The notes beneath the pieces are model-generated. The model was not told the DNA's origin. It did not search any database and was given only the letters and a program-made list of their open reading frames with translations. From Eremomyces bilateralis CBS 781.70 (taxonomy: Eukaryota), in assembly GCA_010015585.1 (NCBI GenBank), contig ML975157.1: DNA of 64,000 nucleotides. One strand, given 5' to 3'. The translations under genes were made by a program, and so were the position numbers. How positions within the stretch are numbered: position 1 is the first letter of the stretch; each line of letters starts with the position of its first letter. Below, one piece after another: positions 1-14,425 of this stretch.

Positions 1-1342
1 CGATCTGCGGTTCTGCACACTCCCATACAGTAGCCAGATGCAACTCCGTCCCATACAACTCGATCGGATAGACACCGCAGAAAACTATCCCAGCATCCGG
101 ACCACAGTATAGGACACCATGGTTCTGACTGCCGCTATCCCGGAACAAAGGGACCGCCCAGAAATCAGACTCGGCAGCCCAAATGGATGGCTGGGAACAG
201 GACGGTTCAGTCGTGCAGATCTTTGATTTGTGGTGGTGCGGTGGGAGAGGAGAATTGGCTTCTTTCAGTGGGAGGTGCATGGATTGGTTCCCAAGAGGCG
301 AGATGGGCGTAGTACAAGCAAGGGAGAACAGCACACGATTTCACAAGGACTGCTGCAGTATCGTGGTTTGGGTTGTGTTCCCTTTGGTGAGTGCTGCAAC
401 TAATGTGTATCAAGATGAAGTCTTATATGCTTGGCATTGTAAGGAATCGGTATGCAAATACCATAAGGGACTAACAGACTTAACCAATTTGCATGAATCA
501 TTTCTGTTTACAATCTAGCTCCCCATCCAAAGAGTAGCAGGAGGGAATCTTTGTGTAGGCATTGAAGTCCCAAAACAGTTTCCGTCTAGGCGTCGAAAGT
601 CGCTTTTATGAGCAGTGTCAGGTAGTAACCAGAGCCATTGATTACCAATGTCCTCCGTAGTAATGAGCATGCGAGTCTCTATAGATAGAAAGAGCAATAT
701 AGATATTTAATTCCGTTGAGCTCGAAGCATGCCTAATTCGTTAGATTTTCCCCCTTTCCCAAAGCCAGTGGACGAAGCTTCGTCCATCAGCTGACAATCT
801 CCGCTCCTGAAACTAGAAGTCTGCTACTGTTCATACAGGGGAAACATGCAGAACGTAAGAAGTATGATGGGGAAATTGCATCAAAGAACAAGGAATCTGC
901 CAACCCTAGGTAAAACTATAGGATGACGTCCGATAGAAACCAAGAGTGCCATAATCAGAGAAATGCAACATTGAAGAGCCGGTGAACTGACACTCTGTTA
1001 TAAAACAGATGCAAAAGAAGTCCAGGGGCGTCCCATTGTGACAATCGCAAAAGTGGTATCCGTCGCATGATTCCAATCCAAGCCGAGATGATAAAACCCA
1101 GAAACGCAAGCCAAATCAAACCACGAGCACCCATAAAACATCGACCCAAATCTTCCAAGCATAGAACCATGAGGCCAAAGATATCCAGTGACTCCGAGCC
1201 AAGATCCAACCCATTCCAACATACACATTATTTTCCGGTGATGGTTGGCACCTAGCAGCGCCTAGATATATAATACAGTCGCTAAATGAAGCGAAGGAGC
1301 AAAAATCGATTTGTCCATCGGATCGATTATCACGGCACCGGC

Positions 1343-2678
1343 CTATTTCTCCGTCTTCGTTTTGGAGATGTGTGGATCGCTGGAGGGATCTTTCTTCTCG
1401 CCGTCGGGGACCGGCTTTCCGCATCCTTTCACAAGAATATGTCTCTGTTCGATGTGTATTAGCAACGGATGCCCTATGTCGCGATCCTTGTCATCAGGCT
1501 CATTAACTCACCTTCAACGCATCCTTCCTTGAAAAGCTCTTGTCACAATCTGTACACGGGAACGGCTTGACAGCCAGATGAATTCGCTTATGGCGTTTCA
1601 AATCGTGGTTCCTGTTGAAGCTCTGAGGGCACTGATCGCACTTGAACGGTCGATCGTTCACCGGCGCCGAGACCGGGGCGTGGTGGTGCGCTCCATACAT
1701 GTGCTGCATGGTCGCGGCGTGCCCGGAATTATATGGCGGAGCCATCATCCCCGGAGGAAACCCGCCAATAATAGTAGGTCCTGCTTGCGGGTTCTGGATG
1801 TTGCTGAGGACAGGTCCTGGAGGAAGAGGGTAACCATACGGCCGCTGGTAGGTGTGGTGGGGTTGGCCGGTCGGGGTCGACATTGTAGGCATATGCGCAG
1901 CTGAAACGGGTGACATTCGTGGTCCGTTGGAAAGAGGGCTTTGCTGCGAGGGAGGCGGTCCAGTGGAGTAGGCATATTGAGGTGGCGCGGAGTTGGGGGG
2001 ATAGTAGGTTGGTGTTGGAGGGAGACGAGGGGTGTGGAACTCGCCCTGCGACTGTTGGGGCGACTGATGCGGCGCTACTTGTGGGGAATGTGGCCGTGCC
2101 ATGGAAACTGCCATTACTGGTTGTTGGGGTCCCATAGTGGTCATGCTGGAAGAGGTCGTGATATTCGTGGATCCGGGAAATTGTGGAGGGTTAACCTCAT
2201 ATCCCGGTGCTGAATCGGCGGAATTGGGTGCGTTGCCGCGCACCATGGAATGCATCGAAGGGGGGAATGCCATGGGACGGCCGAAGTTGTGCGCTGACGC
2301 TGGCGAATATGTGTATTGGTGCGATGCTCCTTGTCCCGACTGTGGCCATACATAGCCATTTTGCGCATATGTCTGCTGTATGCCGTGTGTTGTTGTTGAG
2401 CCGGTCGTCGCAACGCCAGATGCGGGGCTCAAACCATCCCCTTGGACGGTGCTTGGAGGAGTCAGAAGGTTCCCTACACTCGACACCGGTGGGACCCCTT
2501 GCGCCTGCGAATTCGAATATTGAAACTTCTGGCTGCTCGACATGTGAGGCGTGGGTAGTTCGAAGTTCGGGAGGCTGGAAGCATTCGGCCGCCGAGAGGC
2601 GAAACTCGATTGCGCTGTGCCGCCCAATTGATCCGGCCCAGGATGCATAAGGGTCGGATGAGCGACTGCGGCAGCCAC
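1343..2678 (-). CDS. C2H2 zinc-finger transcription factor (two C-terminal fingers, long Pro/Gln/Ser-rich N-terminus)
   Basis: ORF 1503-2678 ends in RPFKCDQCPQSFNRNHDLKRHKRIHLAVKPFPCTDCDKSFSRKDALK. Intron 1511-1445 (GTGAGT..GCTAAT..CAG) joins it to RHILVKGCGK...TEK*, completing finger 2. First in-frame ATG is 2648; an in-frame GTG at 2678 lies in strong context. Confidence 0.93.
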
Positions 2679-5600
2679 GATGACGGTGTTTTCCGCGACA
2701 CGGGCCCGGCGGCCGGAGATAGATGAGCGGGAAAGCGGTCGGAGTTGCTACAGCAAAAGGCAGCGCCGACCTGCTACCTTGTACGCTGGAAGCAGGAGGT
2801 AGAGACGTCTCCCTAACAATCTAGAGGCGTCTAAGAATGTTCCCAAGCTCTTTGCAGGGTCTCCTGTCGTACCGAGTGACTGAAATGAATTCGAAAGGTG
2901 ACAGATGGCTTCGCTGATGGTCGATAGTTCAGAGCCGAAGGGGGCGATGGCAAGGCATATGAATGAAGCGACAACCGTACTCCTGGATGACCCTCTCCCA
3001 AATTCCTAGGATGAGTCCAATAGGCGGACAGGGCGTTCACGAGGGTTCCTCGACAACGCTCGCTATTAGGCCCACCTGGATGTGGTACTGAAGATGCAGC
3101 TTCACCTTAAAGCTTCTTAGGTTCAAGTCCTGTGAGAAAATAGGAATCTGGTCTGCCAGGCCGGACTGATCGGGTACCAGTGTGATTTCACCCGTACGAC
3201 GAGGACCCTGAATCGCAGATAGAACCAGTAATTGGGTAAGGTCCCGAAATTGTGGTCTTAGGGAGCTGTGCGACTTCAGGTCGCACGAGGCTTTAGTGAA
3301 GGCGGGTTTTGGAAATGGCCTGCTCTGGGTGGACTCTTCTCCCAGCTGCTTGGTTAAGATAGAATAAACGAGCTTGATCGTTGAATGGGAGGTCCGGAGT
3401 TTCAAGGCAGAGGACGCAATGAAGAGGATCTAGTTTGACGTAGGACTAAGTTCAAAGAAGCGTGTCGATCCAAACAACAGTCTGGTAGCCTAGTGGGGCG
3501 TGATCGAGACAGCTAAAGATGGTTTCGCTAGGAATGTCCGCTGACGAGAGGTGTACAGGATCCAAAGCTGACCGGAACAAGATCGCAGACGAAGAAAGCG
3601 ACACCCTAAGAAGTCGATTCGTATGAAAAGGCAACGTCGCGGATTCGCGACGATGTTGATGATGTTGGGATAGACAGCGGGGCGGTCTCAGTGGTGGACT
3701 GGGTGGATGAGAAGGAAGTGAAGTGTTGATGTATGCTTCTACAATGTGCACCGGGCTAGGGGTGCAGGTTGGACTGTTCGCGTGGCTCTTGGACGGGTTA
3801 GGGCAGTTGCTGGCCTTCGTCCCGTCCGTGCTTGCGAAAAGACTGGGGTGCGGGCATAGGGGATCTGGATCTGGGAAGATGAGATACTAAAATGGCTCAA
3901 GCCTGATCAAATGGTTCGGATAATGGACATGGGAGGTTTCTAGGGTCAAAAACAGAATAATAGTGCATGGGGAAAGACTCGACCCAAGGTACCGCATGGA
4001 AGAAGCAAACTATCAACAGCAACCTAGTGGACAACTTCATCCTCCTCAAAGGGCTGATTCATGACACAACACACCACTTTGATCAAGCGCATTCAAACCC
4101 CAAATAAGGATCAAAGTACAGCTGCAGGGTTTGAGAAATTATGATAGAGAAGGGATGTCTGCGGTTCCAGAAAATTAGGGAGATTTTGGACTGCAGTCGT
4201 CTTTGACGAGAAGAGGCGAAGGGGAGGTTTCTGATGGAACCGGCGTAATACCAGCCCTGAGCCATGCGCCGCTCTCATAGCGGACACCCAGTACTCGACA
4301 TGATGTAGGCAAGTCGTCCCGCCCACTCCGATATTATGGGACTGGGGGTAAAATAGCGGGAGCATATTGGGGTGAAAGTGGTGTTTCTCAACGCGCCAAA
4401 TCCAAAAGGGGGGCAAAGCAAAAGTACGGGGGGTCAACCGGTCCCCGCTAGTTCTGGTACCGTCAGCGGCTCCGTGGCAGCCCAGTCCAGGTTCCGGGAC
4501 AGACAGGGTCCTGGGTCCCAAAACCCCTGTTATGCTTTAACTGTATTTCCTCCCCTGTCGCTGCCTCGACCCCAGCTCCAGACGAGACGGCCATCCCCAC
4601 TCTCCAGGAGCTTGGGACGGCGAGGGAACTGCCTTTGGGCGGCTTAAATAAGTCTTGTCATCGAAGTCGCCTGTCCTAACCGGGCCGGCTTTGCGTTGGC
4701 TTTCATGCAACGATCATGAGGATCACTGTGCTCTTCTCGGTGCGAAGGTTCAACCGACCATGATCTCGGAATGTTGCCTATCGTAGGACCGATATAGATC
4801 ATAAAATAGGTTCCTAGAGGGCAGAGTCACCTCTGTGGACAGCAAGTATACCAAATCAAGACCATGCATTCGTTTTCGGGGTATAGTTTGGTTCCGTTAA
4901 CCTCGGATCCATCGCTCATCATTGGCTCTGGGGGTCGCTGAACGAACAAATGACCGGCTCGGAGGGGGAATCCAACAATTCAGTCATCGGACTGTTAGGT
5001 CGGCTTACACCTTACAGGGTGTCAGAATTCAGAGACCTTAGAAAATGCGCCGAGCGATGTTGACCGGTTAGGGGGAGCCAAAAACAAGCGAGTGGTGTAC
5101 GGTGGTCTGTGGTCCAGGTCCATCTTTGTCTCGTGTGAGCTGAGGTATTCCGCCTGGGATCAGGGTATTAGGGAGAGACCTATTGTAGGTGGTTTGTGCC
5201 GCTAAGGTTTCTTGTATTTGATCGATTTGGAGAGGTGCTTCTGAGTTCTATGTCCTGTCACCTGTGACAAAGTAACGAACTTTCGAGGTTCTTGTTCCTT
5301 GCCCTCGTGCAAACCGAATATTTTGTGACCGGTCCAGAGGTCAAGAATTGCTTTACCGCTTGCCATGCAGCCTCCAGCATAAGCGAGAGTCGCCCAGATT
5401 GTGAACAATGAGAGGAACCATCCATGCGGCAACAGATGCAGGATGATTCGCTCCCAAAACGTCAGTCCATCTCGTCGTGCATGGAGATTTGGAGAATTCA
5501 GCCGACTTCCTTCCCAGGAAACCCCTAGTGCGTACCATACAGGTGCGCATTTTAGTATCATTGGTCTGATGATCCTGAACCGGACCCGATCGCGGGGGCA

Positions 5601-8600
5601 TCACAGTCCTGGGAATTGGTATCATGTAATATTTGATCTGAGGGACGTGAGGATGGACCAAATGTTCATCGCCCGTTCATCTTATTTGATCGTCGCGCAC
5701 AGGAGCGATGCATCCACCCATATTCCTTGCGCTGTCCCCAGGATGAATCCGATCGTCGCCCCACGCAATGCTCCCGATATGGATGGGGCATGCTAAATTG
5801 TTGAGTGCTGGCGGCTGCGACAGCCGACTGCTTAGTGCTCGGGAGACACGAAAGTCGACCAAGGGAGGGGTCAGCTATTAAGCGTGCTAAGAAAATACCG
5901 ACAAGGCTGTGGAGCAAATAATATTCTTCGACGACAAATTGCTTTCGCTTCCCCGTAGGCCATAACCAGTAATGTTGCAGCTCAAGCAGGAGCCACCAGG
6001 AAATACGAAATGACTTTCGGATCTCCTCGAAGTTCTGACATGATGAGTGGCGTCTCCGGAATGATAGAGTAATACTTCGGTGACTGCGCTAATAACCACC
6101 GTTCCATTCTTGCCGCCAAGCCCAAACAATCAATGGATTCGTGATCACGAATGGTTATCCATAATAATAACGGTAATGATAGCTCTCAATAATAAGTCAA
6201 ATACCTGCTAGTAATTCACTGGGGCCCAGAAAAGGATGACTTCAGATGAGATTGTACAGTGCTAGGGCTACAATCAGCATGGATGATGAGCAGATGGGCG
6301 GTTCCAAATCACGGAACTTTCCGAAATCCATCCCAGCAACTCAAATGTCTCCGATTTCTCTCCACCGACCACGGGAAATCCTGAACCTGGTCAGTATTTT
6401 GATATTATTACTGTTTCTCTTTGTTGGGAGGGTTGCCTTGAGAATGACCTTCCTGCAAATGTCCAGCTGTGGTACCTATGTCTGGTGTGGAGATGCGGAA
6501 ATGCGCCAATACTAAACATCATGCTGGCACAGTTTCTCCGTTGATTTTCGTAGACTAGATTATTGCTTCATGACAATCACAAATTGGATCAAAGTCATAG
6601 ATATACGAGTTCCAAGTCCGATATCTAACATTCGGATATCGCCACAAGTTTTATGCTTCATTTTCGAGTGAGCCTGGCGATTCTTACGCACGTCGTTCAT
6701 GAATACTTTCGCCCGTGCAACGAGGCGCATATGGCTTCTCAAAACCGTGAATTCGGGATGGAGTTGGACTGGAAATGCGTGTTGCGCAGAGATCTGATGA
6801 CAGCAACAGTGGTTTCGCGATCGTGGATGCACAACCCGAGTCAATGGAGAGTGGTGGCACTGGATGCCACAACAGGGTTCCGGTGGTGATGAACGAGGGC
6901 ATCTGCAACCACCCGATCTGTTTCCCGTTTTCTGTCTCCAGACTCCAGTGAAGTTGGCGATGCTCATGACAGCGATCCGATGGCCTGGTCTACGGTTCCC
7001 ACAGACAGAAAAGGAAGTGCTGGACGAGTGCTGGCGATGGCACCAAATCATACTCTCCACAGACGGTCCACTGGGCACTAATCCAGCGCCAATATAACGC
7101 CATGGAACGCCTCGCCTACGAGATACACAGCTGTGGGTTCGGGCTGCTTAGCGCTGGGTGCAGAGAGCGAACTCGGTCCCTTCCCCAATACCCAGCATGC
7201 ATTATGCACTATGCAGGAGCCCATCAGAATTCAGACATGGGCTCGTTTATCAAGGATACCGACCCTCCATGACTCCATCAGATTCGCAGCTGGTGGCGTC
7301 ACCCGGAACTGACCGAGGAGGAAATGAGATGGTGGAGGCCATGGGGTCCCTGACTAGTGACTTCTGGTTGCAAGCACCTAGTGCTGTCGTGTGGCCGCTT
7401 CTGGGGTCAAGAGTAGAAAATCACGGGTGAGGCGTCCACTATGGCTCTCGTTCAACTTTCAAGTCTTGAATTGCCCGATACTCTTTATCCATCCCTCTTG
7501 AGTCTTGACAGGCTGCGATACCCAGTATTCACTACTCTGTAATAGGTACGCCCAAATCTGTCGAGGTATACTTGAGTCTGAAATGGCGTCTTGGGTGCAC
7601 CCGTCGGGCTTGCCAGAGTACCTCCGGATTTCCCTTCAGTATCAGTCCTAGGAAATAATTATGGATGCTCCGTCCGATGCAAACACCCTCTAATCTAGCC
7701 CCTTCTTGATCTAAATATAATCAATCAAAGAGGACATGCCACAAAGACACGCGAATTTGGTCGACTTAGGAGAAATGCCCCATCGCGGCTAGCTGCCTCA
7801 ACGCTACTTGGATGGATTCATTGACCGATGAAAATACCGAATTACTGATGGACGGGATGGTATCGAAATGAGCCGAGTGTGCATGAGTAGTGACAGCCTG
7901 ATAGACCGTCAACGATGGCCTCAGTCATTCCTCCTGAGTTCTCACATTCTCACTGCTAAAAAATCACAAGTCACATTCCCACCCCTTCCTTCAAAGTTCC
8001 CATCGCGCATCTCGCATCTCGGATTGGTTTAATTTGCAATGGAAGGATTGCAGGACAAGCGCGAACAATACGACGGGGATAGCGCGTATCCTGGTTGACA
8101 TCCGCCAATGGAGCCGGGAGGTAAGCGAGACCCTGGCAGCTAACCAAGGATTTTCCCAATATTTTCTTCCTGTATGAGCTTGAACCGTCAATCCATCACA
8201 ATTCACCTAATTTCCCATGGTCGGGATTGCGTGGAGGAGGTTTCCTGATCCAATTCTCTTTTATTCAACTCACTTCAACGGCATTTGCCTTGCTCGAAGA
8301 TTCGCCTAAGTCTTTCTTGGTCCACTCGTGTTCCCGTTGCTTTTTCTTCCTCTGTCTTTCCTCTGCAGGCATATCTTGATCTGGTTGACCAGCGCTTGAC
8401 TATCATGTAAATGTCTCGGAGCATGTCGTGCCCGATTCCGTATCACAGTGCAGCTTCCCTGTATCGGATCATAAGGATTATCGTACTACGTATGTATGTT
8501 GATCTGCTTAAAGGAGACCCTTCAGGCCTCAAGGCCTCAACAGTGGATCAGAGCATTTTCCAGCTTAACTAATAACTACACTAACTAAGTTAAGTTAGTT

Positions 8601-11600
8601 AACTACATAATCTGGTTAAGTTACTGGTAGGTACAGTACGTAGCTCTTTGGAGTAGGGACTTTTGCAACATCCTGGGATCCACTCTGATGATCTAAATGG
8701 CAGTTCTATTTTGGGTTTGCTCTGACTCTGCTGTTGTACGAGAATCTCCGACCTGCTCTTGCACGATTGAAGCCTTGGGCACAGACTCACAGCTCAAGTT
8801 TCTCAGTCGCCCATATCTGAGTGGAGGAGCAAGAATTAAGCATCAACAGATGATCGACATGGCTTTCTCCAGCCTTCAGCTTTTTTCAAGCCTGCTGGCT
8901 GCTGCACTTGCCATTGGGACCTGGGGAATGGGGATGGTGGAGAGCCGCAAGGCTGCCACGCGATTCCGACTTTGGTCTCTGGTGAGTGGTGACTGGTCTG
9001 GACTCTGGGCCATCCCTCGACCGCAGCGAATGATAAGGCACTTCTTGCCTCCTGGCCGTTGGAGAAAGTCAGCGCAAGTGCCACTGGATTTCTCCGTTGT
9101 GTGATCTGTTGTCTTTACAAATCACAACCAGGCCCACCCTGGCTATCACTTTACTACTGCGCGACGGTCGGTCAGCCAGCCGTCCGCCTCAGCCGCTCGT
9201 GATATTTCGCTTCTTTTGAACCTGCCCATCAAGGGTTAGCCAATAACCAATTGCATACAGGAGACGAGATCCCCGGAATTGGTACCGGAGGTACCTCCTA
9301 AGTTCAACGGAGGTCTTTACAATGTATTTCGTTCCCTCGGAAATTAGCTCTGACTTCTGAGGCAGTTTATGATAATCATCACTGCGAACTCTCTCCTCCT
9401 CACAGCGTTGGTTCTAATCTTGTCTCAACCTTCGACAAACCTTTTCAGCATCCGATCTCCCTCATTACCTCCATGCAACAACACAAAGCGAACATGATGG
9501 ATCGACCAGGATCTGACAGCGCCTTTCCAATTTCCAAGGTCCAAACCTTACCTGTCGCACCGTGCTCATTTCGAGGGTGCTAAGCAATTATCTGGCCCCT
9601 GCGTGCGTCCATCCCCACCGACCAGTGAGAACTGGCAAACTTCGCTACTCCTTGAGGGGCTAACAGTCAAAAGCCTCTCCCGCTTGTTGGCTGAACTTTA
9701 ACCTGGTTCAATATTCCCGTCTTTCTGGTGAAAGAATCCATAATCCATTTAGTGGAATGTGCTGTGGCTCCTCCACACCCTGGTAAGTTCCCGGCTTCCC
9801 GCTCATTATCCCCCTTCTGTTTGTAAAGGAGGGAAATACGGAGTATTAGTAATACCGTACGAAGAATTTACAGATAACCGATATATTGGATAGGCAGCTG
9901 TTGGAGATCAGTTACGCAAGTCTGGATCAGAGTTCAATTCACGGACTCCCTACGGTGCAGGTACCTTTCATGTTGCTTGGAGTTTCGGTGCCCTCCTAAT
10001 TCCTCAAGGCTCAACGTCATGGCAGTGTCGGAGATCGTCGAGATCGGCAAGCTCCATACAACTAACAAGGTGGGTATACCTGATGAAATCAGTACTGGGG
10101 AGTGGGGTCTCAAAACTCGGTGATGGCGGGGGCGGACGTACAGATAAGAGACTAGGAACATACCGTATTACCAACAATTCTCCGTGATACGTATGTGCTC
10201 CCTATTCTCTTTGTTCATGTCGTGAAGAAAGACAGGCCAGACCAGCTTTGAGAATCTACAATTCTGCATTCATGTTTTCGCAATACGAGGTGCGTGCTGC
10301 GTAGTGGCCAAAGCCAATTCGCTCCGATAAACGGACTGGGGATACAATACATGTGACCAATAATTCCGTGCCGCTGCTGTACATGAAGGCAGCATTGACC
10401 CCAAGCAGGATAATTATCATGCATTTCCCTTCCATGGCCTCTTTTCGCTCTGGTACTCATTCTCTACGAGGTTTGGCGACCCTGACCCAAGCTTCCGGTT
10501 TGGCATTTGGCCAAAACGACCTTTATGTCCCTTCAACAGGGATACCCTTCACTGGTGGCTTTGACAGTTAACTGTGTGTCTTCACCACTCCTCAGCAAGT
10601 CAGTATCACTACAACCACAACCTCTGCTGTCAAACGAACGATAAGCCGGTCGTGAAATACTTCAATCTACTGGCAAGGTGTTTCAATAGTTTCCCATTTC
10701 CGCTCCACTATGCCCCCAAATTTCGAGTGTCCTGAACTGAAATCCGAATGAAAATAATCTATCAACCTTCATGACAAAGGATGAGTTACACTGTACACAT
10801 AAGCATCGGTATGACAGCCGGGGGATATCCCGTTCAATAGACTCTTGCTTCCACTTACCGTGATATGGCCTGATATTAATTTAGGATAGAGGTATTATAA
10901 CTCGCTTCACGATTTAAAACTTCTTCGCCTTGGAGACGCCCACAATTGCCACCGTGCCACATTGGTGCTCTGGATCGGCCAGCCTAGTGCTGGTTCAGTG
11001 CTTCAAGGACGGCTGCCTTAATGAAGAGGCACAACAGTCAGCCTTATCATGTCATAATATAGTCAAAGCTCATGGTTGAGCTAGGCCATTCGATGAATTC
11101 AACGGGTAAACTAGTTACATCCTCATACATGCAAAATGCAACAAGGACGCTCATCGCTACAAAGAGAGGACTATTCAGTGGATGAGCGTGGGGACACCGA
11201 CCGTCAGATAATGTATACGATGCAATTGATGACTATTTCGGATGCCCGAGGACAGTCCGGTCTATTCTTCGAATTGAAATTAGCATTTGCTCGTCCAGTC
11301 TTACCAGTTAACTACCATACTGAATGTCCCAGGCGGTCGCTCTGGGAGACGTATCTGCTCCTACGAGGGAGGACCTTGTTTCGCGTTTCTTTGATCCGTT
11401 CCCTCAACCGAGCCGCTCGAGTTCGGTGTGTTTTGCAAAGTCTAGCCCCCTACTGGGCTAATTCTCATAGCGGGAAGTACATCCGAATGTCCAGACAGCA
11501 TCGGGATGGAGACGCATGGTATTCCCGAGTGTTGCCACACGCCCCTAGCATATACATACATACCTCGTAAGCGACATCTGCAGGAAGTGTCATAGGATTT

Positions 11601-12427
11601 AAACTGGTTATATTGAAGCAGGGCATACAAAGAGGCGGTGATTGGTTGAGGAGCCTGGGTCAAGAACTCGTTACTACACTCAATCCCTCATTTGTGATGC
11701 ACTAGTGTCTTAAGGGGCTAACCTCGAAGGTGTGTCTAGTTCTGAGAGCTGAGATTTGACCTCCTAAGCTGCCGAATCCGATTACTCCCTATTTTGCTCT
11801 TCCGGTGGGGTTGAGTTTGCATCCATCAGCGTCCCAATAAGTCAATATTTCCTTCTTGTGCTTCTCTCCACGCTCTTGGTGACTACTAGATGGCGCCCTT
11901 GAACCCCCCCAGCAGGCTGAAATGGGAAAGACAACTACTTTTCTCGGGGGCTAAAGTACCACTGGCCTAGATCTGTAGTGTGTGCATCATGGTGAAGAGG
12001 GCCTCCTCAATACGTGATGGCGAAGTTAGTCTGCCTAAGTGTGCCCTTCATCAGCTGTGCTAGCTTCCCGCAGTGGCAGTATATCGCGATGTACCTTATC
12101 AAGTCACTGATTTGAAGTTGGAGTCTCATTCGAGCCTCTCATTCAAAATATGAAGAAGACCTATACCCGTGTGAAAGCGAACAAGTTTGTTGATCAAAGG
12201 ATAGCTTGGTCTTCGGGTCAATTCGGATGATGGATAATCAGAGCCAACACTCCTGAACTTGTCAACGAACATCAGAATAACCTCTTGGTAAGACCTGTTC
12301 ACTCATTGAGGCTATTCGGGTGGCTAGAGATCTAATCATTTTTTTGTGCTATCAACTTATAAATTCCCCAAGGTGTCATAAGAATAACTATTGCCAGAAT
12401 AATATGCCTGCATCTCAAAGCTCAAAG

Positions 12428-14425
12428 TCAAGCAGAAAAATCCGTCCACCTTCTCGTCTCTAAGTATGCCTCCAACGCTTTCTTCACCTGCACGCCACCT
12501 GCCCTCCCATCGTTATCGGAACCACAAGGGCATCCGTTCAGTCTCCCAGCCGTCCGTAAGACAGCCATCAAGGCTGCCTCTAGAAGACGATTCTCCCTCT
12601 CTAAACGCTCAATCTTTGTATCCTTCTCTCCATCTAGGATACTACCTTTCAATGAACGTGGTGGAGACTCTGTCCCGATACTTGCACAGGCACCGGGCTG
12701 GGTGGGGTCAGAGGGGCTGGGATGGTGCGAATGGGCGCTGGGGTGGGTTAAGGCATTGATGGGCGACGATATATGTTTCTGAGAAGGCCTGTTGCGTGAA
12801 CTGGAAAGAGTGTTGATCGGGGACGTCGCACCAGGGCGAGGTGTATCAACCCGTGATGGGGCCAGGCAATATGGCCTAGGACCAGCAATTTCAACTCCTG
12901 AGGCAGTGATATGCGGTGCCTTCGAGGTCGAGAGAGATCTTGCGGGAACAACAGTGGCCTTCTCAGCAATGGCTAAGACTGACGAGTCGTGTCCCGTGGT
13001 AAATGCCAACCCACCAATACTGTCCGGGGTCATGGAAGCATCATGGTAACCCGGACAGCGGGGTTTATTTTCGAATGGGAGACCGAGACACAATCCGAGC
13101 CTCTTGGGCGATTTTTCTGGTATCTTAATCGACTCAGTTGCCGCATCAGTCTTGTTGGTGAGGTCAAGGGGCCGGGCCATAACTGAATCGATGCTGTCAC
13201 GCACTCGACGCAGATCTCGGAGCTTTCGAGCCCTGATTTTCTCTTCTCGGTTCTTCCGGGTTTGTCTATTAGACGCCGAGCGAGAATCGTCTCGGAATAG
13301 TTCGCAACGGCTAGCGCTTTCATGTGTTGCGTCAACTTGGTACAATGGCTCCTGACCATCCCGAAGAGGAGGCTCGATGGTAGAAACAGTACCATCCTCA
13401 CTGGCTCGGGATGAGGCCTGATCGCGACTGGGCCGTCGTAGTCCTTGGCCTGCGAGCCGCTCCCCATTTTGTCTTTCCACCAAGTGCGATGCGCTTATTT
13501 TGTGTTTGAGGCTATCCCTATTCATCTCAGCTTCCTTAGATCCCGAGCTCCGCGGAAGGGAATGGCTTTCCATGAGTGACTGGTTATCAGTGTTGGCGGA
13601 AACGAACGACTGTGACGGCGTCGGTACGCTAGAATTTCGATCATCGCTCAACATAACGCCAGTCGATCCACCAGGACTAGTGCAGACGTCCACATACTCT
13701 CCTCGACTCTGAGCTCCTTGTTCCCCAGGTTCAGTGTTTTCGTGACCGTGTTCATCAGTGGCTCGTAAGGTCGACCCGGAGAACTGCGCTTGTTGCATCT
13801 CTAGGGTCGAGAGCCAACTATCAAATCCATCGATATCAGCTTCTTCCGTCGTGGATGAGAAGAGGGATGTTGTGGGGGCCGCTAGATTGTATCTAATGCC
13901 TGGTCAAGCTATATTCACACCAAGTTTTGAGGTTGCCCACTCACTTGAAGTTATTGGAATCGACCAATCTTTGGTCAAACCCTTGCGTGTTCGGGATGAT
14001 CTGAAGATACTTATTCCCTAAGTGTGCGGTACGAATAAGTGTCTTGCTTATGGATCTCGTGAATGACATTTTCTGAGCGTACCGTCTTGGGACACTTTCT
14101 GAACAACACCGTCATGTGGAATAAAGAGACCATCTGCGGGAATTCGAGCGATTGATCTTCTTTAAGTTAGAAGGTAGCATGAATTTACGAATTCATACAC
14201 GGAAACTTACTCTCTGCGAACCCGGGTGCGAGGACTATGCTTGTTGGTCCTGAACAGTCTCAACCCAGTCTTAGGAGAAGCAGCCCTCTTCTGCTGTGTC
14301 TTTGGTTCTGGCCCTGGCTTCGTTGGTGGTCCCGTGTTCTTCAAGAAGTACGCCATATCAAAAGACGGATTGGACATGGGCAGAGCGAGGACCTGAGCGT
14401 CCTTCCCAGTATCTACTAATGACAT
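12428..14425 (-). CDS. Uncharacterised fungal protein, low complexity with a C-terminal coiled coil (4 exons)
   Basis: Exons can be joined in frame via introns with donors near 14210, 14082 and 13944, giving FDMAYFLKNTGPP, VVQKVSQDG-NKYLQI, DGFDSWL and KIERLERENRLLEAALMAVL. Start codon uncertain (14425 or further upstream). Confidence 0.7.

Noticed and set aside
183..1300. Short ORFs at the window start and throughout 3-12 kb
   Set aside because: No recognisable domains, codon bias or consistent splice structure; consistent with random ORFs in UTR or intergenic DNA.
8561..8625. AT-rich TAACT/AGTTA quasi-palindromic patch
   Set aside because: Short low-complexity sequence with no TIR/TSD structure or second copy seen.
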